From Candidatus Heimdallarchaeota archaeon (GTDB taxonomy: Archaea; Asgardarchaeota; Heimdallarchaeia; Heimdallarchaeales; Heimdallarchaeaceae): a stretch of 64,000 bases of DNA. The stretch is from assembly GCA_016840095.1 (NCBI GenBank), contig JAEOSZ010000095.1:32001-96000 (forward strand), written 5' to 3'. The translations under genes were made by a program, and so were the position numbers. This document shows, one piece after another, positions 39,007 to 49,639 of this stretch. The notes beneath the pieces were generated by a model. That model had not been told where the DNA came from and did not search any database. It saw only the letters and a list, made by a program, of their open reading frames with translations. Numbering within the stretch: the first letter of the stretch is position 1; each line of letters begins with the position of its first letter.

Positions 39007-39618
39007 GTGATAGACCCAATAACTTTCTGGACTTTAATAGGTATTATCTCTTTTGTTCTGTTTATATGGTCTATTATTACTATTTCACGTGGAATTAGGT
39101 ATGAATTCCTGCAAGTAGTAGGTTTTATACTTCTAATACTTGCTCTAAGTTTAACAGGAACTTATTCTTATATCTACGAAGTTGGTGATGAGGAAGCTAT
39201 TTATCTATCTATGAGTTTAGCTTTTGCTTTTCTTTCATTATCTCTCATTCTCTTAGGAACACTTTCAGCAAGAAGAAGATGGGTTCGTAGAAGAGGAACT
39301 GATAACCTAAATAGTTTTACAAATTTACTTGTCTTCGCTTATATTCGACATCCAATATCTTTAGGATTAATGTGCATTTCAATCTCAATGATACTCTATC
39401 TACATTCATTATTATCTAATATTTTAGCAGGTATTGCTTTGATAGTTTTCATGTTTGCATCTCTAGAAAAAGACCACTTTTTCGAGGGACTATATGGTTA
39501 TCCATACAAAGTATATTGTAAAGCTGTTCCTCGATTCAATATTATACATGGTTTTATCAAGGCGATGCTTTTCAGTAGAAAAACAAGTGCCGATGAGATT
39601 CAAAAACAGAAAGAATAG
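39007..39618 (+). CDS. ICMT/PEMT-family membrane methyltransferase
   Basis: FAYIRHP..LG, EKD..F..Y..Y...VPRF and multiple TMs. Confidence 0.75.
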   Translation: MIDPITFWTLIGIISFVLFIWSIITISRGIRYEFLQVVGFILLILALSLTGTYSYIYEVGDEEAIYLSMSLAFAFLSLSLILLGTLSARRRWVRRRGTDNLNSFTNLLVFAYIRHPISLGLMCISISMILYLHSLLSNILAGIALIVFMFASLEKDHFFEGLYGYPYKVYCKAVPRFNIIHGFIKAMLFSRKTSADEIQKQKE

Positions 39619-39693
39619 AGTAATGATGATGCATTTTTTTGGGTAATTGAAAATATTTAATAATTGAGCATATGTGTTTATCGCGGTGATTAA

Positions 39694-40365
39694 ATGTCGA
39701 TAAAAGAATATGAAGAGACAGGAAAAATACCCTTAATAAATACTAAATTTCCAAAAATGGTTGTTGGAACAACCCATGGTATGAAAAAACTCCCTGGAGA
39801 TTATGAAGGTAAATGGCTTATTCTATTCAGTCATCCTGCAGATTATACACCAGTATGTACAACCGAGTTTGTTTCTTTTCAGAAGTACTATGATGAATTC
39901 AAGTCTATGAATGTAGAACTGTTGGGTTTGAGTATTGACCAAGTATTCAGTCATATAAAATGGGTTGACTGGATTAAAGAAAATATGGCTGTTGAAATCA
40001 AATTCCCCATTATTGCAGATCATGGTGAAGTTGCTAAACAACTTGGAATGCTTCATGCAAAAGGTAGCAACACAGTTAGAGCTGTCTTCATAATAGATCC
40101 CAAATCAATTATTAGAGCAATTTTGTATTACCCTTCAGAACTAGGTAGGAATATGAAAGAAATCCTAAGAATGATTAAGGGATTGAAGGTTGCAACAAAG
40201 TATGATGTAGCTATACCTGCAAATTGGCCTGAAAATGAGCTCTTTGGAGATGATGTTATAGTTCCCCCTGCAAAAGATGTTGAAACAGCTAAGGAAAGAT
40301 TAGCAGATGACTCTATAACATGTCTTGATTGGTGGCTATGTCACAAGGAAAACCCAGAAAACTAA
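39694..40365 (+). CDS. Peroxiredoxin (archaeal Prx6 type)
   Basis: [26 protein letters not shown] and CLDWWLC motifs. Confidence 0.95.
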   Translation: MSIKEYEETGKIPLINTKFPKMVVGTTHGMKKLPGDYEGKWLILFSHPADYTPVCTTEFVSFQKYYDEFKSMNVELLGLSIDQVFSHIKWVDWIKENMAVEIKFPIIADHGEVAKQLGMLHAKGSNTVRAVFIIDPKSIIRAILYYPSELGRNMKEILRMIKGLKVATKYDVAIPANWPENELFGDDVIVPPAKDVETAKERLADDSITCLDWWLCHKENPEN

Positions 40366-40392
40366 TTTCTTTCTTTTTTTCTTCTTTTCTTC
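40366..40392 (+). terminator. Oligo-T/pyrimidine archaeal terminator
   Basis: TTTCTTTCTTTTTTTCTTCTTTTCTTC directly after the stop codon. Confidence 0.5.
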
Positions 40393-40429
40393 AAGAGAAA
40401 CTCATATATTGAGATAACTAATTCTTACA

Positions 40430-41272
40430 TTGATGAGTGAAATAGAGTTTATACAAACAAATGAAAATCCACCAATAGAAGTAAGAATTGCTAAGTTTAG
40501 ATCTCAAAATGAGGAATATAAATCTCGAGAAGTAATAATCATTCCTGGTTGGTTGAGTACTATTGATGAGTTTACAGAGTTGGCTAAGAATCTTTCAAAA
40601 TTTGGCAATATTTTTATCTATGAACCAAGAGGTTATGGGAAGTCAAAAACACCTCATAAAAAAGGTTATTTCACTCCAGATGCATATAATGAAGAACTTG
40701 CTAATGTGATCAGAATTCTTAATTTTAAAGAAAAAGAGTTCATCCTTTTTGGAAGCTGTTCAGGAGCTTCTCAAGCCTTTAGTTACTATATCAATGGAGA
40801 AGGTATGAAACCAGACTTAATTGCAGCTATTAGTCCTCAAGAGAAGTATAAGACACCTTTCTGGTTGCCATGGTTAAGCTGGTTACCTGGTTTTATTATG
40901 GGTTTCTTTCAAGGATTGATTCTCTTCTTCATGAATATTCTATTAAAATTTAAAAAACCTGAAGAAACTCAAAATGTAAGATGGGCTGCTAAGCAACTAA
41001 GAGAAAATGATGCTTGGTGTCTAAGACGGTATGTTTTCGAGTTTGTTATCAAGTACTCTATTCAAGGAAGATTGAGTGAAATTGATGTACCCATGTTGAT
41101 GTATGTAGCTGAAGAAGATTATTTCGTGGACCCTGAAGTTTCAAAGAAGTTCTTATCAAATGAAAACTCAAAAATAGTTGAATTAAAATCAACCTTTCAT
41201 AGGATTCAAATGGATAATGAAGAAATTATGGCAAAGAAATTTAATGAATTTCTTCTTAAACTTGGAAGATAA
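40430..41272 (+). CDS. Alpha/beta hydrolase
   Basis: IPGW, RGYGKS, GSCSG nucleophile elbow, D and H. Confidence 0.8.
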   Translation: MMSEIEFIQTNENPPIEVRIAKFRSQNEEYKSREVIIIPGWLSTIDEFTELAKNLSKFGNIFIYEPRGYGKSKTPHKKGYFTPDAYNEELANVIRILNFKEKEFILFGSCSGASQAFSYYINGEGMKPDLIAAISPQEKYKTPFWLPWLSWLPGFIMGFFQGLILFFMNILLKFKKPEETQNVRWAAKQLRENDAWCLRRYVFEFVIKYSIQGRLSEIDVPMLMYVAEEDYFVDPEVSKKFLSNENSKIVELKSTFHRIQMDNEEIMAKKFNEFLLKLGR

Positions 41273-41282
41273 TCATTTTATT

Positions 41283-42146
41283 TTAGTCCAAAGAAGGAAG
41301 TAAAGATACAATAATAGTCCCCATTCCAGTATTACTCCCAATAATTGGAGAGGCGAATGTTATGAATGATCTATCAATTTTCCTGTTCTTCTTCAAATTA
41401 TCTAAAATATACTGAGCTCCTCTTAAATTATCTACATGAGAGATTACTAAGTTATATTTTATATCGGCTACAGTTCCTTTAATTGCTAATTTTAGTAGTT
41501 TTTTCACCATTCCTTTCTTGCTAAAAAATACTGGAACTGTTGACACTAACTTTCCTGGTCTTTCCATTTGAGCTATGGGTTTAACACCTATCATTTTAGT
41601 CAAAAAAAGAATGAATTTTGACTTTATTCTTCCAGATTTATAGATGTTATCCATTGTATGAAAGCCCACGTTCAGATAATACTTAGGTATAAGATTTTCA
41701 ATGATTTTAGTTATCTCTTCTACATTCTTCCCCTGTTTAGCAAGTTCTGAGACATAAAGAGTAATTAGACCTTGAACTCCAGAAGCTGATTCTGTATTTA
41801 CTAATGTTACATTTTCCGAGTGCTTCTTCATTGCTACTCTATAAGCTGAATATGTTGAACCACTAAGCTCTTTCGCAACAGAAATACAAAAAACATGGTC
41901 ATAATCACCGCTTTCTAAACTTTCTTTGATTATATTCAGGAAATCTGATGCTTCTGGATTTGCGGATGATGGAAAGAATTTAGAATCTCTCAAACGAAGA
42001 TAAAAATCTTCGATTTCTATATCAACTCCAAGTTTCCAAGGTTTATCTTCAAACAGTACAATATGGGGAACAAAGGAAATTTTATGTTTTTCCATAAGTT
42101 CACTAGGTAAATCTGCAGCAGAATCTGTAATAACTTTAATTTTCAA
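41283..42146 (-). CDS. DegV family fatty-acid-binding protein
   Basis: ITDSAADL, LSGSTY, SGRI and GSNTGMG motifs. Confidence 0.9.
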   Translation of the reverse strand: MKIKVITDSAADLPSELMEKHKISFVPHIVLFEDKPWKLGVDIEIEDFYLRLRDSKFFPSSANPEASDFLNIIKESLESGDYDHVFCISVAKELSGSTYSAYRVAMKKHSENVTLVNTESASGVQGLITLYVSELAKQGKNVEEITKIIENLIPKYYLNVGFHTMDNIYKSGRIKSKFILFLTKMIGVKPIAQMERPGKLVSTVPVFFSKKGMVKKLLKLAIKGTVADIKYNLVISHVDNLRGAQYILDNLKKNRKIDRSFITFASPIIGSNTGMGTIIVSLLPSLD

Positions 42147-42240
42147 AGTATTCAGCTAACAATTAAAACCTGGTGTAAAAAACCTTTTGTGGTAAACAAA
42201 TTGAAAATTAAATAATTAGAATTCTGAAAACTTATAATGG

Positions 42241-44025
42241 ATGAGGAGAAATAACAAAATGTTCGTAATGAAAACAAGTGAAATAATCAAAAGAGCTATG
42301 GCTCAAACCAAAGCTGATATCATCCTTCGTGGTGGAAAATATGTTAATGTTTTCACCAGAGAACTTCTTATTGGTGACATAGTAATGTCTGGAGGGAAAA
42401 TAGTTCATATTGGTCTTAACACTAGTGATTTTGAAGGAGAACAAACTGAAGTTATTGATGCTACTGGGAAAATCATCTGTCCTGGTTTAATTGAATCTCA
42501 TATCCATATTGAATCCTCTAAATTAACAATTACCGAATTCACAAAAGCTGTAATAACACATGGGACAACTGCTGCAGTTATTGATCCTCATGAATTAGCT
42601 AATGTAACAGGACTAGGAGGTCTAGATGTTCTGTTTGATGAAGTTATAAAACAGAAAATTAGATACTTTGTTGAAGCTCCTTCCTGTGTTCCTTCGCTTC
42701 CTGGATTCGAAACATCTGGTAGTGAGATTACAGCAAATGATATCGAAGAACTAATGAAAAGAGATGAGGTTTTTGCTCTAGCAGAGATGATGAACTATCC
42801 TGGAGTTTTTCTTGGTTTTGATGAAGTAATTAAGAAAATTGACGCTGCAAAGGATTCTAAAAAATTGGTTGAAGGACATGCACCTCTCCTCTCAGGCAAA
42901 GAACTTCAAACCTATATTGCCGCAGGCATTGTTTCTGATCATGAAGCATCATCACTTGATGAAGCTCTTGAGAAGTTGAGATTAGGGATGAAACTCCAAG
43001 TTAGAGAAGGTTCATTTGCTAAAGATTTAGTAAACATAATGACAGAACTGAACAAACAAAGGATAGACACAAGACATATTCTAATTTCATCAGATGATCG
43101 AAATCCAATTGATCTATTTGAGAAAGGTCATCTTGATTATACATATAGACTTCTTGTTAATAGTGGTATTGAACCATTAGAAGCTATACAAATGCTAACA
43201 ATTAATCCTGCGATTCATCTTAGAGTTGATGATGAAATTGGCAGTTTAGGACCTGGAAAAAATGCTGATATCATTATTGTAGACAATCTGGAAGATTTCA
43301 ATGTAGAATTAGTTTTTGTTAAAGGAGAACTTGTAGCAAAGGAAGGCAAAATCGAATATCATTCAGAAAAGATTGACTATCCTGATTTCATTCTAGATAC
43401 AGTCTCTAAACTTCAAATTCCTAAAATAGAGGATTTGCAGATTTTGGTAAAAGATAAAACTTCTGTTAGTGTTAAAGTTATCTCTCTCAATGAAAATTCT
43501 CTAATCACAGATAATCTGAAACACTCGTTGAAAGTTGAAAATGATAAGGTTGTACCAGATTTAGATAATGATATCTTACCGATAGTTGTTGTAAATAGAC
43601 ATACAGACGAACAAAGAATTGGAAAAGGGTTTGTAAAAGGACTTGGGATAAAAGAGGGAGCTTTAGCTAGTACTATAGCTCATGACAGTCATCAAGTAAT
43701 CTGTGTAGGTACAGACTACCAATCGATGTGTAAAGCAATTTCTGCAATCAAGGAAGCAAAAGGTGGGCAAGTGGTTGTTTTCAAAGATAAAATAACGGTA
43801 TTACCCTTAGAATTTGCTGGAATAATGAGTAGTTTACCTTTTGAAGAAGTAGTTTTCAAAACCCAGCAATTGAATGAATCTTTGCATGATTTGGAAACAT
43901 CAATTTCGGAACCTTTCATGGCTCTAGCTTTTGTTTCTCTTCCAGTAATTCCTCACTTAAAAATAACTGATCACGGTTTGATTGATGTAGATTCAATGAC
44001 AAAAGTTTCTGTATTTGAGGAATAG
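42241..44025 (+). CDS. ade: Adenine deaminase
   Basis: HIHIESS, DPHELANV, EMMNYPG, EGHAP, SDHE, REGS and AHDSH motifs. Confidence 0.95.
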   Translation: MRRNNKMFVMKTSEIIKRAMAQTKADIILRGGKYVNVFTRELLIGDIVMSGGKIVHIGLNTSDFEGEQTEVIDATGKIICPGLIESHIHIESSKLTITEFTKAVITHGTTAAVIDPHELANVTGLGGLDVLFDEVIKQKIRYFVEAPSCVPSLPGFETSGSEITANDIEELMKRDEVFALAEMMNYPGVFLGFDEVIKKIDAAKDSKKLVEGHAPLLSGKELQTYIAAGIVSDHEASSLDEALEKLRLGMKLQVREGSFAKDLVNIMTELNKQRIDTRHILISSDDRNPIDLFEKGHLDYTYRLLVNSGIEPLEAIQMLTINPAIHLRVDDEIGSLGPGKNADIIIVDNLEDFNVELVFVKGELVAKEGKIEYHSEKIDYPDFILDTVSKLQIPKIEDLQILVKDKTSVSVKVISLNENSLITDNLKHSLKVENDKVVPDLDNDILPIVVVNRHTDEQRIGKGFVKGLGIKEGALASTIAHDSHQVICVGTDYQSMCKAISAIKEAKGGQVVVFKDKITVLPLEFAGIMSSLPFEEVVFKTQQLNESLHDLETSISEPFMALAFVSLPVIPHLKITDHGLIDVDSMTKVSVFEE

Positions 44026-44074
44026 TTTAACTTGCTTTCATAACCTTTTTAATTTCTCTTTTTCTTATTCAATC

Positions 44075-44794
44075 ATGACTGAACTACTCTTTCAACAAGA
44101 TTCTTACATCAGGGAATTTGAAGCAGAAATTATAGATGTGTTTGAAGATACCATCCTTCTAGATAAAACCGCTTTCGCACCTAAAGGAGGAGGACTAATG
44201 CCAGATCAAGGTATTCTACAGTTTGATGATGGCTATCAATGTGAAGTGATTGATGTGTATTCTAAAAGTGGAAAAGTATATCACAAACTCTCATTAGTTC
44301 CTGATGAAACATACATAGGAAAAACAGTGAAGGGGATAATTGATTGGGAAAGAAGAAATAAACAGATGAGACTGCATACATTGATCCATACAATTTCAAG
44401 TATACTGTATAAAAAATATGGAACAACAGTTACAGGAGGAAATATTACACCTGAAAAAAGTAGAGTGGATTTCGATATTGATCATTTAAGACAAGAGAGA
44501 GTTCAGGAAATTGAAGCTGCTGTTAGGGAAATTATAGCTGGTGATCACAAAGTGTCAGTTTCTTTTTTAGAGAGACAAGAAGCACTGAAAGATCCAGAAC
44601 TGATTAGAACAAAAGTAAACTTGATTCCAGAAAGTGTGAAAATTTTGAGAATAGTGGAAATAGAAGATGTTGATCGTCAAGCAGATGGAGGAGTTCATGT
44701 AAGAAGTACAAAGGAAATTGGTACTTTTGTTCCACTAAAAACGGAAAATAGAGGGAAAGATAAGAAACGACTTTACTTCACAATCTCTCCATAA
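44075..44794 (+). CDS. alaXM: AlaX-M alanyl-tRNA editing protein (ATG 44075 preferred over 44015)
   Basis: LDKTAFAPKGGG, RLHTLIH and QADGGVHV motifs. Confidence 0.9.
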   Translation: MTELLFQQDSYIREFEAEIIDVFEDTILLDKTAFAPKGGGLMPDQGILQFDDGYQCEVIDVYSKSGKVYHKLSLVPDETYIGKTVKGIIDWERRNKQMRLHTLIHTISSILYKKYGTTVTGGNITPEKSRVDFDIDHLRQERVQEIEAAVREIIAGDHKVSVSFLERQEALKDPELIRTKVNLIPESVKILRIVEIEDVDRQADGGVHVRSTKEIGTFVPLKTENRGKDKKRLYFTISP

Positions 44795-44881
44795 ATTTTT
44801 TTCTGTAGGGTTAACCGATAAGGTTAAAAATGTGTTATATTCAACGATAAAACAAATATACTAGTAATTAAAGGGATATAT

Positions 44882-45847
44882 ATGAAAAAAAGCAGATTCG
44901 TTGGTTTACTCGCTATTTTAGTGGTTTTAAGTTCTTCTTCAACCAATATGTGGACTGCTTCAGCTGTCTATAATCATATTCAACAAGGTAGTCTCGGATT
45001 GAATGATGATATACATCATGATGTATATGCTCCTAGTATCGTAAACATGACACAATTGGATGCTTATGAATATCATAATGATGTTAGAGGAGATAAAAAA
45101 TACAGATGGAAAGTTGACGAATTAGAAATTACTGATAACTTCCATATTGCTGAAGGTGATAAAAATCTTAAAATCGGAGATAAACTTATTATTAGTCTTG
45201 GGGATGATCCCTCAAACCAATTAGCCCAACCTCATGTATGGTGTTTGATTTATGTCAATGATGTAATGGCTAGATACACTAATGATGTAGCACATGGTAG
45301 AGCAGTTTTCAAATTTGTGCAACCAATTGGAATAAATTATTATGAAAACTTTACTGACCCATATTATAACTCAACAGTATTTTTAGACTATTATGAAGCA
45401 AATTACAATTATACACAATTTAATGAAACTCACTATGGTCAGATATTCTTTTACAATGAAACAAGCTTTTTTGATTATTTAGACACTTCTCCATTTATCA
45501 ATAAAACCCTATGGACTATAGAAGAATCAGTCGCAAGATACTCTAATACAATTATAACAGAAATAAACAATGTAACTAACATAGAACTGATCTATGACAA
45601 GGAAACAGGGTTCCTTAACGAGATGTATTATTCTGCTAGTTTTATAAATGGAACAGGATATTTTGCAGGAGTAAACATGACGTTGATTAGGCTTCATGGA
45701 TGGGGATTACCTTACACAGTTACTACATGGGTAGTATGGATCCCTATACTTCTCATTACAGTAGGACTTATAGTTGCTATAAGACTACGTGCTTTCCAGA
45801 GATTTAGACTCTACTTAGAGGCAAGAAAAATTGCTCAAAGAGAATAG
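44882..45847 (+). CDS. Secreted, C-terminally anchored surface glycoprotein
   Basis: Signal peptide, many N-x-S/T sequons, YDKETGFL and a C-terminal TM. Confidence 0.7.
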   Translation: MKKSRFVGLLAILVVLSSSSTNMWTASAVYNHIQQGSLGLNDDIHHDVYAPSIVNMTQLDAYEYHNDVRGDKKYRWKVDELEITDNFHIAEGDKNLKIGDKLIISLGDDPSNQLAQPHVWCLIYVNDVMARYTNDVAHGRAVFKFVQPIGINYYENFTDPYYNSTVFLDYYEANYNYTQFNETHYGQIFFYNETSFFDYLDTSPFINKTLWTIEESVARYSNTIITEINNVTNIELIYDKETGFLNEMYYSASFINGTGYFAGVNMTLIRLHGWGLPYTVTTWVVWIPILLITVGLIVAIRLRAFQRFRLYLEARKIAQRE

Positions 45848-45964
45848 AATCACATCTCTTTCTTTTTATTTTTTATAAGTTTTCAGAGTTCTTTTTATCC
45901 AATTTTCCCCCAAACGAAAACGTTATATGTTTCTTTAACAGTTTTTTTCTTCCTAAGAAAAGTA

Positions 45965-47524
45965 ATGAATTTTAATGTAAAAAACTATGGATTGATTTTA
46001 ATGACTACATTAAAGACTAAAAAAGTTGATTTGGAAGTAGAAAGAGATTTTGCTCTACTTAATACAACTACACTAAATGATTTAAAAATTAAGCATTCTG
46101 CTAATGTAAAAGTGAAAAGTGATGCTGGCGAAATTATGTGTGAAGTAATTGCCACAGATGAACTCATCGAACCAGGTTTTGTTGGTTTAAAATCTGGGAC
46201 TCTTGAACTTCTAAAAGTAGCTCAGAATAAGAAGGTGAGTGTTTTCGTTAGACGAAGACCAGCATCAATCGAATATGTGAAGAATAAAAGACAAGGAAGT
46301 ATATGGAAAGAGGGAGAAATAAGAACTATTGTCAATGATATTTGCAGTGGCCAATATACTGACCTAGAAATTTCTATGTTTACACTTGCTCAATATTATC
46401 TCGGATTAAATATGGATGAAATTCAGTATCTTACAACCTTTATGGCTGAATATGGAACAACTCTTAATTTTGGGGAACCTGTTTATGATAAGCATTCTAT
46501 AGGGGGAATTCCTGGAAATAAAGTAAGTCTTATGATTGTTCCTACTGTAGCTGCAGCTGGTTTACTTATACCCAAAACAAGTTCTAGAGCTATCACAAGT
46601 CCATCAGGAACAGCTGATACGATGGAAGTTCTCTGTGATGTGAACTTCTCTGCTGATGAAATATTAGAAATAGCACCTAAGGTTAGAGGTATGTTAGTTT
46701 GGGGTGGAACTTTAGATTTATCTCCTCTCGATGAGATAGTAATTCATAAAGTTGAACAACCACTTGGAATTGATCCCCATAGTCAAATGCTTGCTAGTAT
46801 CTTTAGCAAAAAAGTATCAACAGGAGTTGATCATATGGTTCTTGATATTCCAACAGGAGAGGGAACAAAAATGCCAACAAAAGAGGATGCAATAAATTAT
46901 GCTCATGAAGCTACTGAACTTGGTAGAAGACTTGGAATTCAAATAGAAGCAGCTTTAAGTTACGGTGAGCAACCTCTTGGAAAAGCAATAGGTCCAGCAC
47001 TTGAGGCTAGAGAAGCTCTAGATGTTCTTTCTGGTAAAGGTCCAACTAGTGTTTTTGAGAAAAGTAATGAGCTTTCTGGTATTTTATTTGAACTAGCTGG
47101 ACTTGCACCAGCTGGACAAGGTGCTACTTTAGCCGCCGATTATATAACTAAAGGTAAAGCAAAAGCAAAAATGGAAGAAATTATTGGAGTCCAAGGTGGA
47201 AATGCATCTATAACAGTAGAAGAAATTGCTGTTGGAGAATATACAGTTGATGTCATAGCTCCAAAGGATGGCTACATCGTAAAATTGTCGAACTCGGCAG
47301 TCAAAAGAATAGCTAAAGCAGCTGGGACACCAAGACACAAAGAAGCTGGTGTCTATCTCCACAAGAAAATTGGTGACTTTTGCAAGAAAGATGAGAAACT
47401 AATGACCATTTATTCTAACAGTGAAGGAAGGCTAACTGAAGCTCTCAACCTAGCTATGAATTTAAATCCATTTTTATTAGAAGGAATGATCATGAAAAGA
47501 ATATCTTCTGGTGGTCCAAGGTAA
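45965..47524 (+). CDS. AMP phosphorylase
   Basis: N-terminal double-psi-like domain, DKHSIGGIPGNK and PKTSSRAITSPSGTADTMEVL. Confidence 0.93.
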   Translation: MNFNVKNYGLILMTTLKTKKVDLEVERDFALLNTTTLNDLKIKHSANVKVKSDAGEIMCEVIATDELIEPGFVGLKSGTLELLKVAQNKKVSVFVRRRPASIEYVKNKRQGSIWKEGEIRTIVNDICSGQYTDLEISMFTLAQYYLGLNMDEIQYLTTFMAEYGTTLNFGEPVYDKHSIGGIPGNKVSLMIVPTVAAAGLLIPKTSSRAITSPSGTADTMEVLCDVNFSADEILEIAPKVRGMLVWGGTLDLSPLDEIVIHKVEQPLGIDPHSQMLASIFSKKVSTGVDHMVLDIPTGEGTKMPTKEDAINYAHEATELGRRLGIQIEAALSYGEQPLGKAIGPALEAREALDVLSGKGPTSVFEKSNELSGILFELAGLAPAGQGATLAADYITKGKAKAKMEEIIGVQGGNASITVEEIAVGEYTVDVIAPKDGYIVKLSNSAVKRIAKAAGTPRHKEAGVYLHKKIGDFCKKDEKLMTIYSNSEGRLTEALNLAMNLNPFLLEGMIMKRISSGGPR

Positions 47525-47533
47525 AGAACAAAA

Positions 47534-47986
47534 CTAATCTTCTATTTCTTCTTTTTTTAATACCATTTTGTTCATATAGAGAGATTGATCAAAAAACATG
47601 ATCTCAAATCCAACTTTTGACCAAAATGGTTGAACAAAAGGTGAACAACAAAGCTGTATGGTGTCTTCTTCAATTACATTATTTATTAAAACTTGAGCAC
47701 ATTTGTAACCAAGACCTTTCCTTCGCATATCCTCTCTAACTTCAAAAACATAGATAATTGGACATCCAACTGAAACAAAACCTCCTTCATAGTCAGGTTC
47801 ATCCGGAATTACAGCTGTAACAGCCACAAGATCTTGCTTAAGGAAGAATCCATAACACTTAATCTGTTCATCAAAAAACATTCTGTAAGATACAAAGAAT
47901 GGAAATAGATGACCAGGAACCTCATCATAGTCAATGATTTGGACTTTTAGGTTAGCTAATTCAGGATTTTCTTCCATCAAATGCAC
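47534..47986 (-). CDS. GNAT acetyltransferase
   Basis: FEVREDMRRKGLG and FWSKVGF motifs. Confidence 0.8.
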   Translation of the reverse strand: MHLMEENPELANLKVQIIDYDEVPGHLFPFFVSYRMFFDEQIKCYGFFLKQDLVAVTAVIPDEPDYEGGFVSVGCPIIYVFEVREDMRRKGLGYKCAQVLINNVIEEDTIQLCCSPFVQPFWSKVGFEIMFFDQSLYMNKMVLKKEEIED

Positions 47987-48104
47987 CTTATGAATAATTT
48001 AAATTGTGTTTTTACTTCTAATAAAATTAATTATGGTACTAAAACCTTTAAGAGCGGAAGATTTTTTATTAAAGAGTAAATGTATTTTTTGTTGAGGAGA
48101 TACA

Positions 48105-49307
48105 ATGTCTGGTTTTGATTTCGTTGAAGAAGCAATGTTCGGAAAGTCTATTTTCAAAAATGAATCAACTCTCTATCCTGAATATGTTCCACCAGAACTA
48201 CCTAGACGAGAAGAGGAGATACAAAGACTCGCTAGAAATTTTAGGTCTTTATTGGGTGCAGAAGGGTCTTTTTCAGTCAATGTAGCTATAGTAGGGAACG
48301 CAGGAATTGGAAAGACTAATTTATGCAAGTATACTATGAAAAGGTTTGAAACTACAGCTAATTCCAGAAACATAAATGTAAAGTTTCTATATTATAATTG
48401 CCACTCATTTAGGAGTAAAACAGCTATATTAAGAAATATTTTGTCAGAACATTTTCATATCCAATCTCGTGGATTCAGTGATGAGGAAATTCTTGATATG
48501 TTGGTTAAAAGACTATCAAGAGAGGACATCAGATTGATAATTGCTCTTGATGAAGCAAATATGTTAAATTCAGAAGATATCTTGAGTATTTTTCATGCAG
48601 GAGAATATTTTGGCTCAGAACAAAGTATGATTTCAACGATAATTATATCAAGGCCTACTGAATGGAAGTCTCTTCTTAATGTTCCATTATCAGGTCATAT
48701 ACATGATCAAATGGATATCTCAGGTTACTCAAGAGACCAACTATTAGAGATCCTTGAGTATCGAGCAAGCATGGCGCTCTATCCAACTTCTTACTCTGAA
48801 GAAACTCTAAATCTTATAGCTGATATATGTGCTTCATCACAAAATGCTAGACATGGGATTGAAATTCTCTACCGATCTGGAAAATTGGCTGACTTAAAAC
48901 AAGAAAATTTTATTGTTCCTGATTACATTAGAGCTGCAAAAGCAGATGTTTACCCTGAACTGAGAAGAGATGTTTTAGCTGAACTTAGAGATCATGAGTT
49001 ATTAGCAGCTTTAGGTGTTGCTAGAAAACTTTCATTGAAAGGAATAACATCAACTACTGTGGATGAAGGTTACGATAGCTATCTCATAACCTGTGAAGAA
49101 TATGGAGAAGAATCTCGCGGAAAATCAACCTTTCGATCTGCTATTGAAACATTGGATAAAGTTGGTGTAATTGGTAAAAGTGTTGGACCAATTGAAGAAG
49201 GTAAAAGAGGTAGAAGGGCAAAAATAACTACTTTTGATATACCTGCTACAGTTCTAGTAGAAAGAATTGAGAATATCTTATCAAAACCAAGAGATTCAAA
49301 GGAATAA
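48105..49307 (+). CDS. cdc6: Cdc6/Orc1 replication initiator
   Basis: L.PEYVP.ELP.RE, Walker A GNAGIGKT, Walker B LDEA, NAR sensor and C-terminal winged helix with GKRGR. Confidence 0.93.
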   Translation: MSGFDFVEEAMFGKSIFKNESTLYPEYVPPELPRREEEIQRLARNFRSLLGAEGSFSVNVAIVGNAGIGKTNLCKYTMKRFETTANSRNINVKFLYYNCHSFRSKTAILRNILSEHFHIQSRGFSDEEILDMLVKRLSREDIRLIIALDEANMLNSEDILSIFHAGEYFGSEQSMISTIIISRPTEWKSLLNVPLSGHIHDQMDISGYSRDQLLEILEYRASMALYPTSYSEETLNLIADICASSQNARHGIEILYRSGKLADLKQENFIVPDYIRAAKADVYPELRRDVLAELRDHELLAALGVARKLSLKGITSTTVDEGYDSYLITCEEYGEESRGKSTFRSAIETLDKVGVIGKSVGPIEEGKRGRRAKITTFDIPATVLVERIENILSKPRDSKE

Positions 49308-49310
49308 AGT

Positions 49311-49544
49311 TTAGTTAACACAGATCATAGTCATAGAATTCTTTACTCCTTCTACGATTATGTTATTGTTCAAAACTTGATTTTTTAGTTCATCCATTGT
49401 ATCAAATTCAATCTTAACTATTAAATCATATATGCCATAGACTGCATAAACTTCTGTTACTTCGACCATATCTTTGAGTCCTTCCTGTACTTTCTCTAAC
49501 ATACCTGATTGGACGTTTAGAAGGATGTAAGCTGCTTGTGTCAT
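49311..49544 (-). CDS. Stand-alone Lrp/AsnC ligand-binding (RAM) domain (MTQAAYIL start preferred)
   Basis: AYILL..V.EVYAVYGIYDLIVKI motif. Confidence 0.85.
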   Translation of the reverse strand: MTQAAYILLNVQSGMLEKVQEGLKDMVEVTEVYAVYGIYDLIVKIEFDTMDELKNQVLNNNIIVEGVKNSMTMICVN

Positions 49545-49639
49545 TTTTATGGTATACTCCTTTTGAACTGTTAGTTGCGAATGCATTTAAAAAAACTAAC
49601 ATACAGACATACCAATAAAAAAAAAGAAAAAAAGGTGAA

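Noticed and set aside
44015-44074. N-terminal extension of AlaX
   Set aside because: It is the T-rich intergenic tract after ade; family homology starts at ATG 44075.
47987-48104. Replication origin next to cdc6
   Set aside because: Short AT-rich divergent promoter region; I see no repeated ORB-like boxes or G-strings.
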